From assembly GCA_965215515.1 (NCBI GenBank), contig OZ244057.1, forward strand, positions 320,001 through 384,000: DNA of 64,000 nucleotides. The letters run 5' to 3'. Below, piece after piece: positions 29,420-39,065 of this stretch. Made by a program: the position numbers and the translations under genes. The notes under the pieces are model-generated. The model searched no databases. It saw only the letters and a list, made by a program, of their open reading frames with translations, and was not told the origin of the DNA. How positions within the stretch are numbered: position 1 is the first letter of the stretch; each line of letters begins with the position of its first letter. Source of the DNA: Oligoflexales bacterium. Its GTDB lineage: Bacteria; Bdellovibrionota_B; Oligoflexia; Oligoflexales; JAPPIL01.

Positions 29420-30284
29420 GCGTTTTATCCGCATGCAAAGAACACACCCGTTGCCCGCCGCACACAACCCGCTGCATGTGCACGATGTCGGCAAGCAAAG
29501 TGTGCCAGGCAGGAAGATTGTTGTCGCGCTCGTAAACAATCAGCGTCGTCGGAGCAAGCTTTGCCCGACAACCATGCAATAACTGCAACACCTGCGGCGG
29601 CACATCCGCTCCGTGAGTGTCGAGGTGAAGGTTGTCCTTCACCTCCCCTCCCGCAAGATGTACCTGCGCTACCCGCGGCCAGGCGAGCGCCGCGAGGAAA
29701 TCCTGCGCCTGAGCAGCGAGATTTTGCTCGTTGACCCACAGATTGTTGAGATCGAGCAACAAACGCGCTCCCGTACGGTGCATTACCGCATTGATAAACT
29801 CAACCTCACTCATATCACTGCTGCTAAACTCAACGTAAGAAGAAAGATTCTCCAGCAGCAAACTTTCCTGCAAAAAATCCTGCACATAAGTAACCCGTGC
29901 CTGCACATTGCGTAAACTCTCAGCATTAAATGGAAACGGCAAAAGATCGTGGAAACATATCCCGTTATGCCGCTCTACACTGAAATGATCGGAAACATGA
30001 CGGGGAGAAAATTTGCGGCGTAACGCAGCCACCTTGCTCAAATACCGCTTATCGAGCGGGTCAACCCCGCCGATATTCATGCCGAGACAATGCAGAGTAA
30101 GATCGTAATCAGCCCGCAGTTTCTCTAACTTCTTATGGTGTGCCCCAGGCGTGAAAAAGTTTTCGGCGATAACCTCCAAACAAGACAAAGGCGGGCGGGT
30201 AGCCAACAACATGTCGATGTATTCCAGTCGCAAGTTGAGACCGAGCTGTGGAGGTGCGGTGGGAACGGATTCAGGCACAATCAT
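29409..30284 (-). CDS. DUF692 multinuclear non-haem iron oxidative enzyme (MNIO)
   Basis: EVIAENF, VSDHFS, DLLPFP, LLENLSSY, LLLDLNN, QVHLAGG, DTHG, ERD. Confidence 0.93.
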   Translation of the reverse strand: MIVPESVPTAPPQLGLNLRLEYIDMLLATRPPLSCLEVIAENFFTPGAHHKKLEKLRADYDLTLHCLGMNIGGVDPLDKRYLSKVAALRRKFSPRHVSDHFSVERHNGICFHDLLPFPFNAESLRNVQARVTYVQDFLQESLLLENLSSYVEFSSSDMSEVEFINAVMHRTGARLLLDLNNLWVNEQNLAAQAQDFLAALAWPRVAQVHLAGGEVKDNLHLDTHGADVPPQVLQLLHGCRAKLAPTTLIVYERDNNLPAWHTLLADIVHMQRVVCGGQRVCSLHADKTHGP

Positions 30285-30295
30285 AGCCGCAAAAA

Positions 30296-31702
30296 TTACT
30301 CATGCAACTCCGCCCGCAAAGCAAAATCTTTGTGGTTGGGCAAACACTCGATGTAGCCGTGCTGTGAATTGCGCCGCAAAAGCATCCCATCTCGCCCCGA
30401 CAACGTACGAGCATGCACCGTCTCGCTCCGCTCCGCTTCGCCAGGCTTGTTTGCCGCTTTCTTGCTCCACTCCGCTTCGCCAGGCTTGTTTGCCGCTTTC
30501 TTGCTCCACTCCGCTTCGCCAGGCTTGTTTGCCGCTTTCTTGCTCCACTCCGCTTCGCCAGGCTTGTTTGCCGCTTTCTTGCTCCACTCCGCTTCGCCAG
30601 GCTTGTTTGCCGCTTTCTTGCTCCACTCCGCTTCGCCAGGCTTGTTTGCCGCTTTCTTGCTCCACTCCGCTTCGCCAGGCTTGTTTGCCGCTTTCTTGCT
30701 CCACTCCGCTTCGCCAGGCTTGTTTGCCGCTTTCTTGCTCCACTCCGCTTCGCCAGGCTTGTTTGCCGCTTTCTCGCTCCACTCCGCTTCGCCAGGCTTG
30801 TTTGCCGCTTTCTCGCTCCGCCCCTTCTCGCGCACTACCACCTTCGTCCCCGCCGTAACATACAGACCCGCCTCGACCGTGCAGTTGTCCCCCAAAGCAA
30901 TCCCAATACCCGCATTAGCACCGATCAAACAATTACGCCCGACCGAGACGAGCGTGTCGTTGCCACCCGATAACGTGCCCATCGTGCTCGCCCCGCCACC
31001 GAGATCACTGCCCGCGGCAAGTACCACACCCTGCGAGACGCGCCCCTCCACCATGTTAGGGCCGACCGTGCCCGCATTGAAATTGATAAACCCCGCAGGC
31101 ATGACCGTCGTACCCTCACCGAGATACGCACCGAGCCGTACCCGTGCGGTGTCCGCAATACGCACACCCGCGGGCACAACATAGTCGAGCAGCGGCGGAA
31201 ATTTATCCAGTGCGAAAATATGCAACACTTGTCGCGCCAAACGTGCCCGCAGTAAACGGGCTGCGATCTCCCGTCCATCGATCGCCCCCGCACTCGTCCA
31301 AGCCACCGTGGGTAAAATTTTAAAAATTCCCCGCAAGTCAACCGTATTGGGTTTGACTAAACGATGCGAAAGCAAATGTAACTTCAAGTAAGCCTCTGCA
31401 ACACTCGTCAGCCTCCCATCGCGTCTGATCACCGTTAACACCAACCGTCGCGAGGGATCACGCAACGCCTCGCTCGCGACTAACGCACGCAGCAAAGGTG
31501 ACGCGGCGAACTTGTTCGCCTCAGCGGCAGTCAACACACGGTAAGCACTGTCTTGAGCAAATTGCGCGGCAGAAAAAAAATCCCGCACCTCACGCACCTC
31601 GGGCTGTAGTTGCGGCGCAGGATAGTAGACCTCGATGCACTCACCGCGGCTGTTGAGGGTTGCCAAGCCCGCACCGAAAGCAAAACAACTAGCATCTGCC
31701 AT
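30296..31702 (-). CDS. dapD: Tetrahydrodipicolinate N-succinyltransferase with a 130-aa in-frame repeat insertion
   Basis: AYLKLHLLSHRLVKP, DKFP..LDYVVP.GVRIAD..RVRLGAY, EGRVSQGV, VEAGLYVTAGTKV, LRRNS..G. Confidence 0.95.
   Translation of the reverse strand: MADASCFAFGAGLATLNSRGECIEVYYPAPQLQPEVREVRDFFSAAQFAQDSAYRVLTAAEANKFAASPLLRALVASEALRDPSRRLVLTVIRRDGRLTSVAEAYLKLHLLSHRLVKPNTVDLRGIFKILPTVAWTSAGAIDGREIAARLLRARLARQVLHIFALDKFPPLLDYVVPAGVRIADTARVRLGAYLGEGTTVMPAGFINFNAGTVGPNMVEGRVSQGVVLAAGSDLGGGASTMGTLSGGNDTLVSVGRNCLIGANAGIGIALGDNCTVEAGLYVTAGTKVVVREKGRSEKAANKPGEAEWSEKAANKPGEAEWSKKAANKPGEAEWSKKAANKPGEAEWSKKAANKPGEAEWSKKAANKPGEAEWSKKAANKPGEAEWSKKAANKPGEAEWSKKAANKPGEAEWSKKAANKPGEAERSETVHARTLSGRDGMLLRRNSQHGYIECLPNHKDFALRAELHE
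30421..30824. repeat. 10 x 39-bp tandem repeat inside dapD, coding S(K/E)KAANKPGEAE(W/R)
   Basis: Unit CTCCGCTTCGCCAGGCTTGTTTGCCGCTTTCTTGCTCCA. TCTCGCTCCG occurs at 30421 and 30811, 390 bp apart. Confidence 0.98.
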
Positions 31703-31703
31703 G

Positions 31704-33041
31704 TCACCCTTCCGCAAAACGCACCAGATGATGGCGTTTACGGCCGCACCGCAAGACAACATAACCACCTGCCAGCAACTGGGCCGCCGTTATCTGCATC
31801 TGCACATCCGTAACCCGCACATCGTTAACATAAATACCACCGCCTGCGATAGCACGCCTCGCCTGCCCCCGCGAAGCACACATCCCCGTCTCGGTCAAGA
31901 GAGCGCACAAAGCGACACCTTGTGCCAACTCGGCACGGGGACGCACACTCTGCGCAGTCGTGGCGAAACGTGCACGCAGCGTCGCAACATCGACTTCCGT
32001 CAAAGGCTGTGCATGCGTGGCAAAAAACGCCGCGCTACTCTGCTGTGCCCGTGCTAACTGCTCAGCCCCATGCACCATCTCGGTTACCGCAGCAGCAAGA
32101 TACTGCTGAGCTCGGCGTTGTTCAGGTTGTTGCGCCGTCTGAGTAACCAACTCGGCATGTGCCGTAGAGGTAATGAAGGTCAGCTGTTTGGCTAAAGTCA
32201 AAGCCTCGTCGTCATCGACACGCATAAAAAACTGGTAGAAATCATAAGGTGCAGTGTGCGTTGCGGCGAGCCAAATATTGCCCTGTGCGGTTTTGCCAAA
32301 CTTGCTGCCATCGCTCTTCGTCAACAGCGGTAAAGTCATCCCATAGGCGACACCCCCGCTCTGCCCCGCGCGACGGGAAGTTAGACGACGAATTAAATCC
32401 ACCCCCGATGCGATGTTACCCCACTGATCCGAGCCGCCCACCTGCAATACACAGTCGTGGTGACGGTAAAGTTGATAAAAATCCCATGCCTGTAATAGGG
32501 CGTAAGAAAACTCGGTGTAGGAGATACCCTGCTCGCGGTTAGCCAGCCGCGCTTTGACCGCTTCCCGTGCCATCATGCTGTTGACGGAGAAGTGTTTGCC
32601 GACATCACGCAGGAAGGCAATATACTCAACTCCCGTAAACCACCGCATATTATTGACGAGCAGCGGCGGGTTATCCACACTGGCAAGAAACTTCGTGATG
32701 AATGCCTCGATCGTCGCCGTGTTACGTGCCAACTCGTCCGCACCGAGCAGGGTACGCTCTTCACTCTTACCGCTGGGATCGCCGATCATGCCTGTGGCAT
32801 CGCCGAGCAAAGCGATAATACGATGGCCGCGCTGCTGCAAACGCTTCAACGTTATCAGCGGTAACAGGCTACCGATGTGCAGACTGTCGGCCGTGGGATC
32901 AAAGCCGCAATACAGAGTGACCCGCTGCTCTGCCAGCAAAGTGAATAAACGCGGGTCGGTGACCTGATTGACCAGATCGCGCCAGGCAAAATCTGCCTCG
33001 ATAGTCGGTGCTGCCGTGTTCGGTTTAGCGCAGCGGTTCAA
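31704..33041 (-). CDS. tyrS: Tyrosine--tRNA ligase
   Basis: YCGFDPTADSLHIG, QVGGSDQWGNI, KFGKT, C-terminal S4 domain. Confidence 0.98.
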   Translation of the reverse strand: MNRCAKPNTAAPTIEADFAWRDLVNQVTDPRLFTLLAEQRVTLYCGFDPTADSLHIGSLLPLITLKRLQQRGHRIIALLGDATGMIGDPSGKSEERTLLGADELARNTATIEAFITKFLASVDNPPLLVNNMRWFTGVEYIAFLRDVGKHFSVNSMMAREAVKARLANREQGISYTEFSYALLQAWDFYQLYRHHDCVLQVGGSDQWGNIASGVDLIRRLTSRRAGQSGGVAYGMTLPLLTKSDGSKFGKTAQGNIWLAATHTAPYDFYQFFMRVDDDEALTLAKQLTFITSTAHAELVTQTAQQPEQRRAQQYLAAAVTEMVHGAEQLARAQQSSAAFFATHAQPLTEVDVATLRARFATTAQSVRPRAELAQGVALCALLTETGMCASRGQARRAIAGGGIYVNDVRVTDVQMQITAAQLLAGGYVVLRCGRKRHHLVRFAEG

Positions 33042-33504
33042 GAATAACCACCGTCGTTTGCCCTGGCAGGTGTGATCGCTTGCATTCTACCTGCTCACAT
33101 ACTCTGTTGAGCAGGTCTCGTACGCGGTCGTGGCTGTCTCGTTCTCGTCCCTTCAGTCTGACCATAACCTTGACCTTGTTGCCCTTGTTGAGAAAACGCT
33201 GGATAGCGCTGAGCTTGGTCTGCATGTCGTGTGCGGAGATGTTGAGCTTGAATTGCATTTCTTTTTGTAAGTTGGTCGCACCTTTTTTCTGGCGGGACTT
33301 TTTTTGTTCGTATTGGATTTTTTTTAAATCCTGAATGCGCACCACAGGCGGGCTAGATTTGTCGCTGACCACCACCAAGTCAAGACCAGCTTCCTCTGCT
33401 TTTGCAAAAGCGTGCTCGGTGGGCACAATTTCGTTGCTTTTGCCCAACACCAGCCTTACCTGCGGGTAACGTCGAGCCATGACACGGGTTAAGATTTCCA
33501 ACAC
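33025..33504 (-). CDS. infC: Translation initiation factor IF-3
   Basis: VRLV, GLDLVVVS...PPVVRI, ISAHD, FL.KGNKVKV....GRE. Start uncertain. Confidence 0.9.
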   Translation of the reverse strand: MLEILTRVMARRYPQVRLVLGKSNEIVPTEHAFAKAEEAGLDLVVVSDKSSPPVVRIQDLKKIQYEQKKSRQKKGATNLQKEMQFKLNISAHDMQTKLSAIQRFLNKGNKVKVMVRLKGRERDSHDRVRDLLNRVCEQVECKRSHLPGQTTVVILEPLR

Positions 33505-33519
33505 ATCTCCTTAAATGTT

Positions 33520-35397
33520 TTAGATAATAAACCTCACCCCGCCGAGATCCGATAGACTGTGCGGGAAACGGTCGCCAGGCGTGCCTAGGAACATGTAGTT
33601 AGGTGGAATACCGTATTCCTCCGTCAGTTCTGCGATCAAGCCTGGGCCGAATTTTCCTTTACGCACCACGAGTGAAATTTCAACATCGGGATAGATCTCA
33701 TCGAGCAGTTCCAAATCTGCCGCCAAACGCGGTGGCGGCTCGGTCGTCCCATCGAGAATGTGGATGACGGTAATTTTTTTGGCAATCTCGTTCTCCTGCA
33801 CGTACAACATGGCACGGTTGAGGCTCGCGACGTCATCACCTTTGGTAAAAAAAATCAAGCCCATCGATTTCAGTGCTTCGATGTGGCTCTGTACCCTAGA
33901 ACGCATCTTGCGGTGCGATAACTCAAAGCTACGCATCATCTCGTCTACAACAAACAGAAAAAACTGCATAATGTGTTGACGGTATAATGTTATCAACACC
34001 ACCACCGCAGTGGGAACGAAATAATACAAAAAGTACCTGACATTTTCAGGGCTGACGTACATGTTGCCCGCCAGGCCGAACAACACCGCCAGCAACGCCA
34101 GAAACACCGTCGGCCACGAGGCGCGCGTTTTGCGCGGCAGACGTGCTCGTCGTACCTTGAGCAGCATGTTACCAAACCCGAACACCGCCATCACAGACAG
34201 AAAAGAAATGGTATACACCCCTGCCAGTGCGGTCGTGCTCCCCTCTGTGATGAGCACAATGGAGATGCAGAGCAGCAAAAACAGCAGAATAATGCGATGG
34301 TTAGTGCCACGGGCGTTGGTAACCAGTAAACTCTGGGGCAGACAGCGATCGAGGGTCATGCGAGTTACTAAGCCCGTCACCCCGACGAAACTGGCTAACA
34401 CCGCCCCCGATAGCACCAAGGCGGCATCGATGGCGATCAGCAGGGCAGGCCAAGCACCGCCGATTTTGCCAGCAACATCGACTAACAACGACTCTTTTGT
34501 CGCTCCGAGCAGCTCAGGCATGGTCAACACACCGAGGGCGACCGCGGCGATCAAGGGGTTGAAGATCGTTACGGCAATCCACATGTTGCGTAGAGTTTGG
34601 GGAAATACGCCAGGTTTTTGCTCTTCGATGAAGTTTGCCGAGCTTTCAAAGCCTGATACACCCAGCATAGCCACCGCAAAACCGAGTGACAGGGCTTCCC
34701 ACGGCGGACGTGCAGCTGGTATTTGCCAGAAGTTTGCCGCGGCTATCTCTGGATTGGTGGCGATGTAATAAATTCCCCCTCCACACAGCAAGGTCAAGGC
34801 CGTCAGATGCAGCACGAAGATAACCGCGGCCACCTTTGCCGATTCACCGATGCCGATGATCGTCAGTGCTGCGAACAGGCACAGGACGACGATAGTGACA
34901 GGAATTATGTCGAAGTGGGGGAACACGGCATGCACATATTCAACACTGACTTTCGCACTGATAACCGCGGTAGCGATATACGATAGTACCGTCAGGCACG
35001 CTGCCAGCGAAGCTTTGGTTTTGGTGGTGGTGTTCAGGAGACAGTTGTACGCGCCGCCGTTTAGGGGCAGTGCCTCGCCTACTTCCGCATAGATGGAACG
35101 ATAGAGGTAGAGCACCGCAGCCACCATCAACAACACGACGGGTGTGTACGCCCCTGCGTAGGCGGCGGCGAGAGCTGAGACGTACAGACAGCTGGAGGTG
35201 ATGTCGTTCCCGCAGATGGAGGTTGCCGCAAACGTTCCGAGCTGCACCCGCGGGCGGTGTAGGGCATGATGCCCAGGCTGACGACGACGTGGCTGGAAAG
35301 GGGTGACGGGTTGTGCGCGGCGCTGAAAGGTCAGCCCGCGCTCCTCGGGGGTGCGCTCAGCTAGGGTAAAGCGCGGCTGTCGTCTTTTATCTGTCAA
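33520..35397 (-). CDS. APC family amino-acid permease with C-terminal cytoplasmic domain
   Basis: About 12 TM segments; AT.ICGNDITSSCLY, LPLNGGAY, SGFESSANF. Confidence 0.9.
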   Translation of the reverse strand: MTDKRRQPRFTLAERTPEERGLTFQRRAQPVTPFQPRRRQPGHHALHRPRVQLGTFAATSICGNDITSSCLYVSALAAAYAGAYTPVVLLMVAAVLYLYRSIYAEVGEALPLNGGAYNCLLNTTTKTKASLAACLTVLSYIATAVISAKVSVEYVHAVFPHFDIIPVTIVVLCLFAALTIIGIGESAKVAAVIFVLHLTALTLLCGGGIYYIATNPEIAAANFWQIPAARPPWEALSLGFAVAMLGVSGFESSANFIEEQKPGVFPQTLRNMWIAVTIFNPLIAAVALGVLTMPELLGATKESLLVDVAGKIGGAWPALLIAIDAALVLSGAVLASFVGVTGLVTRMTLDRCLPQSLLVTNARGTNHRIILLFLLLCISIVLITEGSTTALAGVYTISFLSVMAVFGFGNMLLKVRRARLPRKTRASWPTVFLALLAVLFGLAGNMYVSPENVRYFLYYFVPTAVVVLITLYRQHIMQFFLFVVDEMMRSFELSHRKMRSRVQSHIEALKSMGLIFFTKGDDVASLNRAMLYVQENEIAKKITVIHILDGTTEPPPRLAADLELLDEIYPDVEISLVVRKGKFGPGLIAELTEEYGIPPNYMFLGTPGDRFPHSLSDLGGVRFII

Positions 35398-35415
35398 GGG
35401 AAGACCTCATCTGCA

Positions 35416-36774
35416 TCACGCTTGCAGTAACTTGGCCGCGAGGGTGGCCAACTTGCTGCGTTCCCCGCGACTCAAGGTGACGTGCGCGGCGAGCGGGGTA
35501 TTTTTGAAGCGTTCGATGACGGAAGTCAGGCCGTTAGTTTCGGCATCGAGCCAGGGGTTGTCGATCTGTGCGGGGTCGCCGCTCAGGACTATCTTTGTGC
35601 CTTCGCCAGCACGGGTGACGATGGTTTTGATTTCGTGTTGCGAGAGGTTCTGCGCTTCATCGACGACAAAATACTGGCGAGGGATTGAGCGTCCTCTGAT
35701 GTAGGTAATCGGTTCGACGGCCAGCAGACCTTGTTCGATCAGCTCCTGATAGCCGCTGGACTTGGGTTGGTTGCGGGAGGGGCGGGGTTTTGCCCCCTCG
35801 GTGTAATGCCCTGTGCCCATGAGAAATTCGAGATTGTCGTAGATCGGCTGCATCCAGGGGTTGAGTTTTTCGTCGAGATCGCCAGGCAAAAAACCGAGAT
35901 CCCGCCCTAGGGGGAACACGGGTCGAGCCACCAGCATTTTGCTGTAGACATCTTCATCGGTGGTTTTGTTCAGCCCCGCGGCGATGGCTAGCAGGGTTTT
36001 GCCCGTCCCCGCGGCACCGCTCAGGGTTACCAGCTTGATGTTGTCGTCGAGCAGTGCCTCTAGGGCACAGGACTGCTCGATGTTGCGTGGGTGTATACCC
36101 CACACCCCGCTCTGTCGCGGCACTATCATTTCGATCTGTTGTGAGGCGATGCGAAAGATACCACAAGCGGCTTGTTTGTGTTGTTCATCACGCAAGATGA
36201 CGAATTCGTTGGGGTAGAACTGTCGATCGGCGAGCGACAGGCGGTGTTGATCGTAGAAACTATTGATCATCTGCGGCGATGCGTCGATGGCGGTGATCCC
36301 GCCGAACAGGTCGGTGTGGTCGATGCGTCCTGCGACCAATTCCTGCCCCTCGATACCGAAGGCGTTGGCTTTGACGCGCAGGTTGGAATCGTTGCTGATG
36401 ATGATCACGCGTGCCTCGCCGCTCTTTTCCGTCTGTAGGGCGAGCGAGGTGGCGAGAATATGGTTGGCGACATTGCGTTCCAGCTGGCGTGGCAGACGCT
36501 CGCTTTGGCGACCGAGATTGACATAGAGACGTGCCGAATCATGTCTGTCGGGGAAGATACTGATCCCTTCCGACAGGATGCCACGACTGCACAAACTGTC
36601 GAGGAGACGAGAGACCTGCCGTGCGCTGCGGGCAATTTCGTTCTGTTCTCGCTTGAAGTGGTCGATCTGCTCGATGACGGCGAGGGGAATAACGACATCG
36701 TTGTCGGAGAATTTGAAGATACACCGCGGATCGCTGAGCAGAACGTTGGTGTCGAGAACGAAGATTTTCTTCAA
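35416..36774 (-). CDS. PhoH2-type protein (PIN + PhoH ATPase)
   Basis: FVLDTNVLL PIN start; GAAGTGKT, LGFLPG, YIRGRS, DEAQN. Confidence 0.93.
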   Translation of the reverse strand: MKKIFVLDTNVLLSDPRCIFKFSDNDVVIPLAVIEQIDHFKREQNEIARSARQVSRLLDSLCSRGILSEGISIFPDRHDSARLYVNLGRQSERLPRQLERNVANHILATSLALQTEKSGEARVIIISNDSNLRVKANAFGIEGQELVAGRIDHTDLFGGITAIDASPQMINSFYDQHRLSLADRQFYPNEFVILRDEQHKQAACGIFRIASQQIEMIVPRQSGVWGIHPRNIEQSCALEALLDDNIKLVTLSGAAGTGKTLLAIAAGLNKTTDEDVYSKMLVARPVFPLGRDLGFLPGDLDEKLNPWMQPIYDNLEFLMGTGHYTEGAKPRPSRNQPKSSGYQELIEQGLLAVEPITYIRGRSIPRQYFVVDEAQNLSQHEIKTIVTRAGEGTKIVLSGDPAQIDNPWLDAETNGLTSVIERFKNTPLAAHVTLSRGERSKLATLAAKLLQA

Positions 36775-36956
36775 GCAAACCTACTCAGCACTACATGCCA
36801 GATGTCTGGATTCTATCTCGAAAGACATCGTGACGCAACCACCAAAGGAACAACTACCGCGTGCTACCGTCATCTGCGCGGCAAATGACAAAAATTCGCT
36901 ACGCCTATGCGAGCTGTGCTAGAATGATTAATGACAGCAACGGTATGGAGGTGGTA

Positions 36957-37736
36957 GTGCGGAGGCTTGTCTTCGTCTGTGCGTTGTTTTTTGTCGGCGC
37001 TTGTGGAGCGAATAGTTCCGACTTGCGCACGGAGGGAGAACCAAACAGCGAAGGTGATGGCGGCGTACCGCCTGTCTGCGGGCTTGCTTTGGCACACCGT
37101 GGTTTTGTTTCTTCCTGGCAGGTCGATGCGGGCGACGAGGTGCGTTTGCCGTTGCCGAGTGGGTTTAACTACAATTTTGCCATCGACTGGGGGGATACGT
37201 CGGGAGAAGGAGATAGTGGGTATCCCTACGTTTCGTCTTTCGACGCTCCTGAGGTGAGGCACACCTACGCCCAGGCGGGAAAATATCAGGTTACTATCTA
37301 TGGCATGGTGGAGGCATGGAGTTTTGCTACGTTTCCAGAGAGCAAGGACAAGCTCGTTGCCGTCGATGAGTTGGGTGATGTCGGGTGGAAAAATTTGCAG
37401 GGTGCTTTTGCAGGGTGTAGCAATCTTAAGACGGTCAATGGCGGCGACACCAAAGAAGTGGAGGACATGTCGAGCATGTTCAAGGGGGTAGCTTCTCTAC
37501 GGCTGAATGTGGCGAGTTGGAATTTCAAGCAGGTTAGCAACATGCAGGACATGTTCAGCGGGGCAACGCTTGCCGATGCTGACTACGGCAACTTGTTGCA
37601 GCGCATTGTGGAAACAACTACCAAGCATGATGTGGCACTCGACGGGGGTAGTTCTCGTTATGACAGCAGTGCCGCAGCGGCGCGTGAAAAACTGCTGAAA
37701 GTAGGTTGGACTATAAATGACGGTGGGCAGCGCTAG
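36957..37736 (+). CDS. Lipoprotein with PKD-like segment and BspA/DUF285-like repeats
   Basis: VGAC lipobox; IDWGD...HTY...G.Y.VTI.G; MSSMF...WN...VSNM.DMF; GWTINDGG C-terminus. Confidence 0.82.
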   Translation: MRRLVFVCALFFVGACGANSSDLRTEGEPNSEGDGGVPPVCGLALAHRGFVSSWQVDAGDEVRLPLPSGFNYNFAIDWGDTSGEGDSGYPYVSSFDAPEVRHTYAQAGKYQVTIYGMVEAWSFATFPESKDKLVAVDELGDVGWKNLQGAFAGCSNLKTVNGGDTKEVEDMSSMFKGVASLRLNVASWNFKQVSNMQDMFSGATLADADYGNLLQRIVETTTKHDVALDGGSSRYDSSAAAAREKLLKVGWTINDGGQR

Positions 37737-37774
37737 GGGCTTATGCTGCGGCGTTGCATTGCTGGCTTTGTCTG

Positions 37775-38407
37775 TCAGTGTGACCACGGCTGGTGCAGGG
37801 GAATGATGTGTGCGGGTGTGATGCCCAGGATAGACAAGGCGTGATGCCACATGTCTGTGGCAGGGGTGTTGAACAGCAGGTCTTGGTCGATGGCGAGTTG
37901 TAGCCAGTCACCGCACTGCAACTGCTGATCGAGTTCGCTGGCGTACCAGTTTACGCAGCCGATAAGAAAACGGTAGGGGTAGAGCATGGCGAGGCTGTGC
38001 CTGTGGTGCAGGCTTGGCTTGCTGGCTTCGATCAGTCTGTGCAAAGCTCGCTTGGCAGCCGAAAGACCGAAAACATCGCCAGGGTTATCATAATCAGCCC
38101 GTGTTGGACGGTTGTGCAAGATGATGCCCTTTGTTTGTTCCGTGGAGCCACCGTACCAAGCGGGAATATGGGGCGGCAACTCCGTCCCCACCACTTGCAC
38201 AAAATCACGTAGCGGCAACTCCGACACACGATTGACCACCAGCCCCGCTGCCCCGCTACGGCTATGTTCGAGCAACAGCACGACCGTTTCACGCAGATCA
38301 TTGTCACACATCTGGGGCGAAGCGATAAGAAACGATGGCGGCAACAACACCAAAGCAACTCCTGCGGCGATGATAAAGACTTCTACCCTGCAGCGTAACA
38401 TATACAT
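37775..38407 (-). CDS. YqgE/AlgH (UPF0301) family protein
   Basis: FLIASP.M.D...TVVLLLEH...GA.GLVVNR, YGG, W...ELD..L..G.W. Start uncertain. Confidence 0.88.
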   Translation of the reverse strand: MYMLRCRVEVFIIAAGVALVLLPPSFLIASPQMCDNDLRETVVLLLEHSRSGAAGLVVNRVSELPLRDFVQVVGTELPPHIPAWYGGSTEQTKGIILHNRPTRADYDNPGDVFGLSAAKRALHRLIEASKPSLHHRHSLAMLYPYRFLIGCVNWYASELDQQLQCGDWLQLAIDQDLLFNTPATDMWHHALSILGITPAHIIPLHQPWSH

Positions 38408-38576
38408 TGCCAGTTGGCCAATATAATCTGGCCAGCTGGGTTGTTAGCCGCTTGCTCGCCTATAGCGGTTGAGAAGATAGGTACAATTATTAAATTTTAG
38501 TCTGTGGTATCAATTTGTTAAACAAGATAGTGAAGTGATGCAGCTTGTGTTCCGATGCGGGGCACGGGGGTGTGTA

Positions 38577-39065
38577 GTGTGCAGCAACCGTCGGCGAGCC
38601 TTCAGTCTGACCGAGTTGATTGTGGTGGTGTCTATACTCGGTATTCTCGTGACACTGGCGTTGCCGCGCTACCATGCTTTCACCGCCAGAGGACGGATGG
38701 CGGAAGCGAAGGTCAATCTCGCCCACCTCGCGGCCTTGCAAGGCATTTACCACGCCGAGTGGCGTAAGTATGCAACTCTTACCCTCGTCGGTGGTGTGGG
38801 CAAAAGAAATAACGGGAGAACGAGTTGCCCTGATAACCCAGCGGCCCTGAAGAAGAACCCGCTCGGTTTTGTCCCCGATGCCTGTGGCGAGCTGCGTTAT
38901 CTCTACACATATGGTGGAGCGGCCAGCAGTTTCAATGCTAACGCTGAAGCTAAGGCGAAGGATATATACCCAGGCTGCAACGTTACCGACAAAGACAAGT
39001 GGAAAGTTAGCAACACGAAATTAGCGCCTGAGCACGAGCAGAATGTTATCGAGTACTGTAACTAG
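38577..39065 (+). CDS. Type IV pilin (PilA/PilE-like)
   Basis: RRRA|FSLTELIVVVSILGILVTLALPRY...EAKVNL class III signal (Ala at -1); C-terminal Cys pairs. Confidence 0.9.
   Translation: MCSNRRRAFSLTELIVVVSILGILVTLALPRYHAFTARGRMAEAKVNLAHLAALQGIYHAEWRKYATLTLVGGVGKRNNGRTSCPDNPAALKKNPLGFVPDACGELRYLYTYGGAASSFNANAEAKAKDIYPGCNVTDKDKWKVSNTKLAPEHEQNVIEYCN

Noticed and set aside
30421..30824. CRISPR array
   Set aside because: Units are contiguous with no unique spacers, are in frame within dapD, and no cas genes are present.
30151..31184. Cys-containing repeat ORFs on the + strand as the DUF692 precursor
   Set aside because: They are antisense to dapD and DUF692 and lack a signal peptide or RBS; they are open only because the 39-bp unit has no stops.
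38500..38576. Sigma54 promoter for the pilin
   Set aside because: TGGTATCAATTTGTT lacks the GG-N10-GC spacing.
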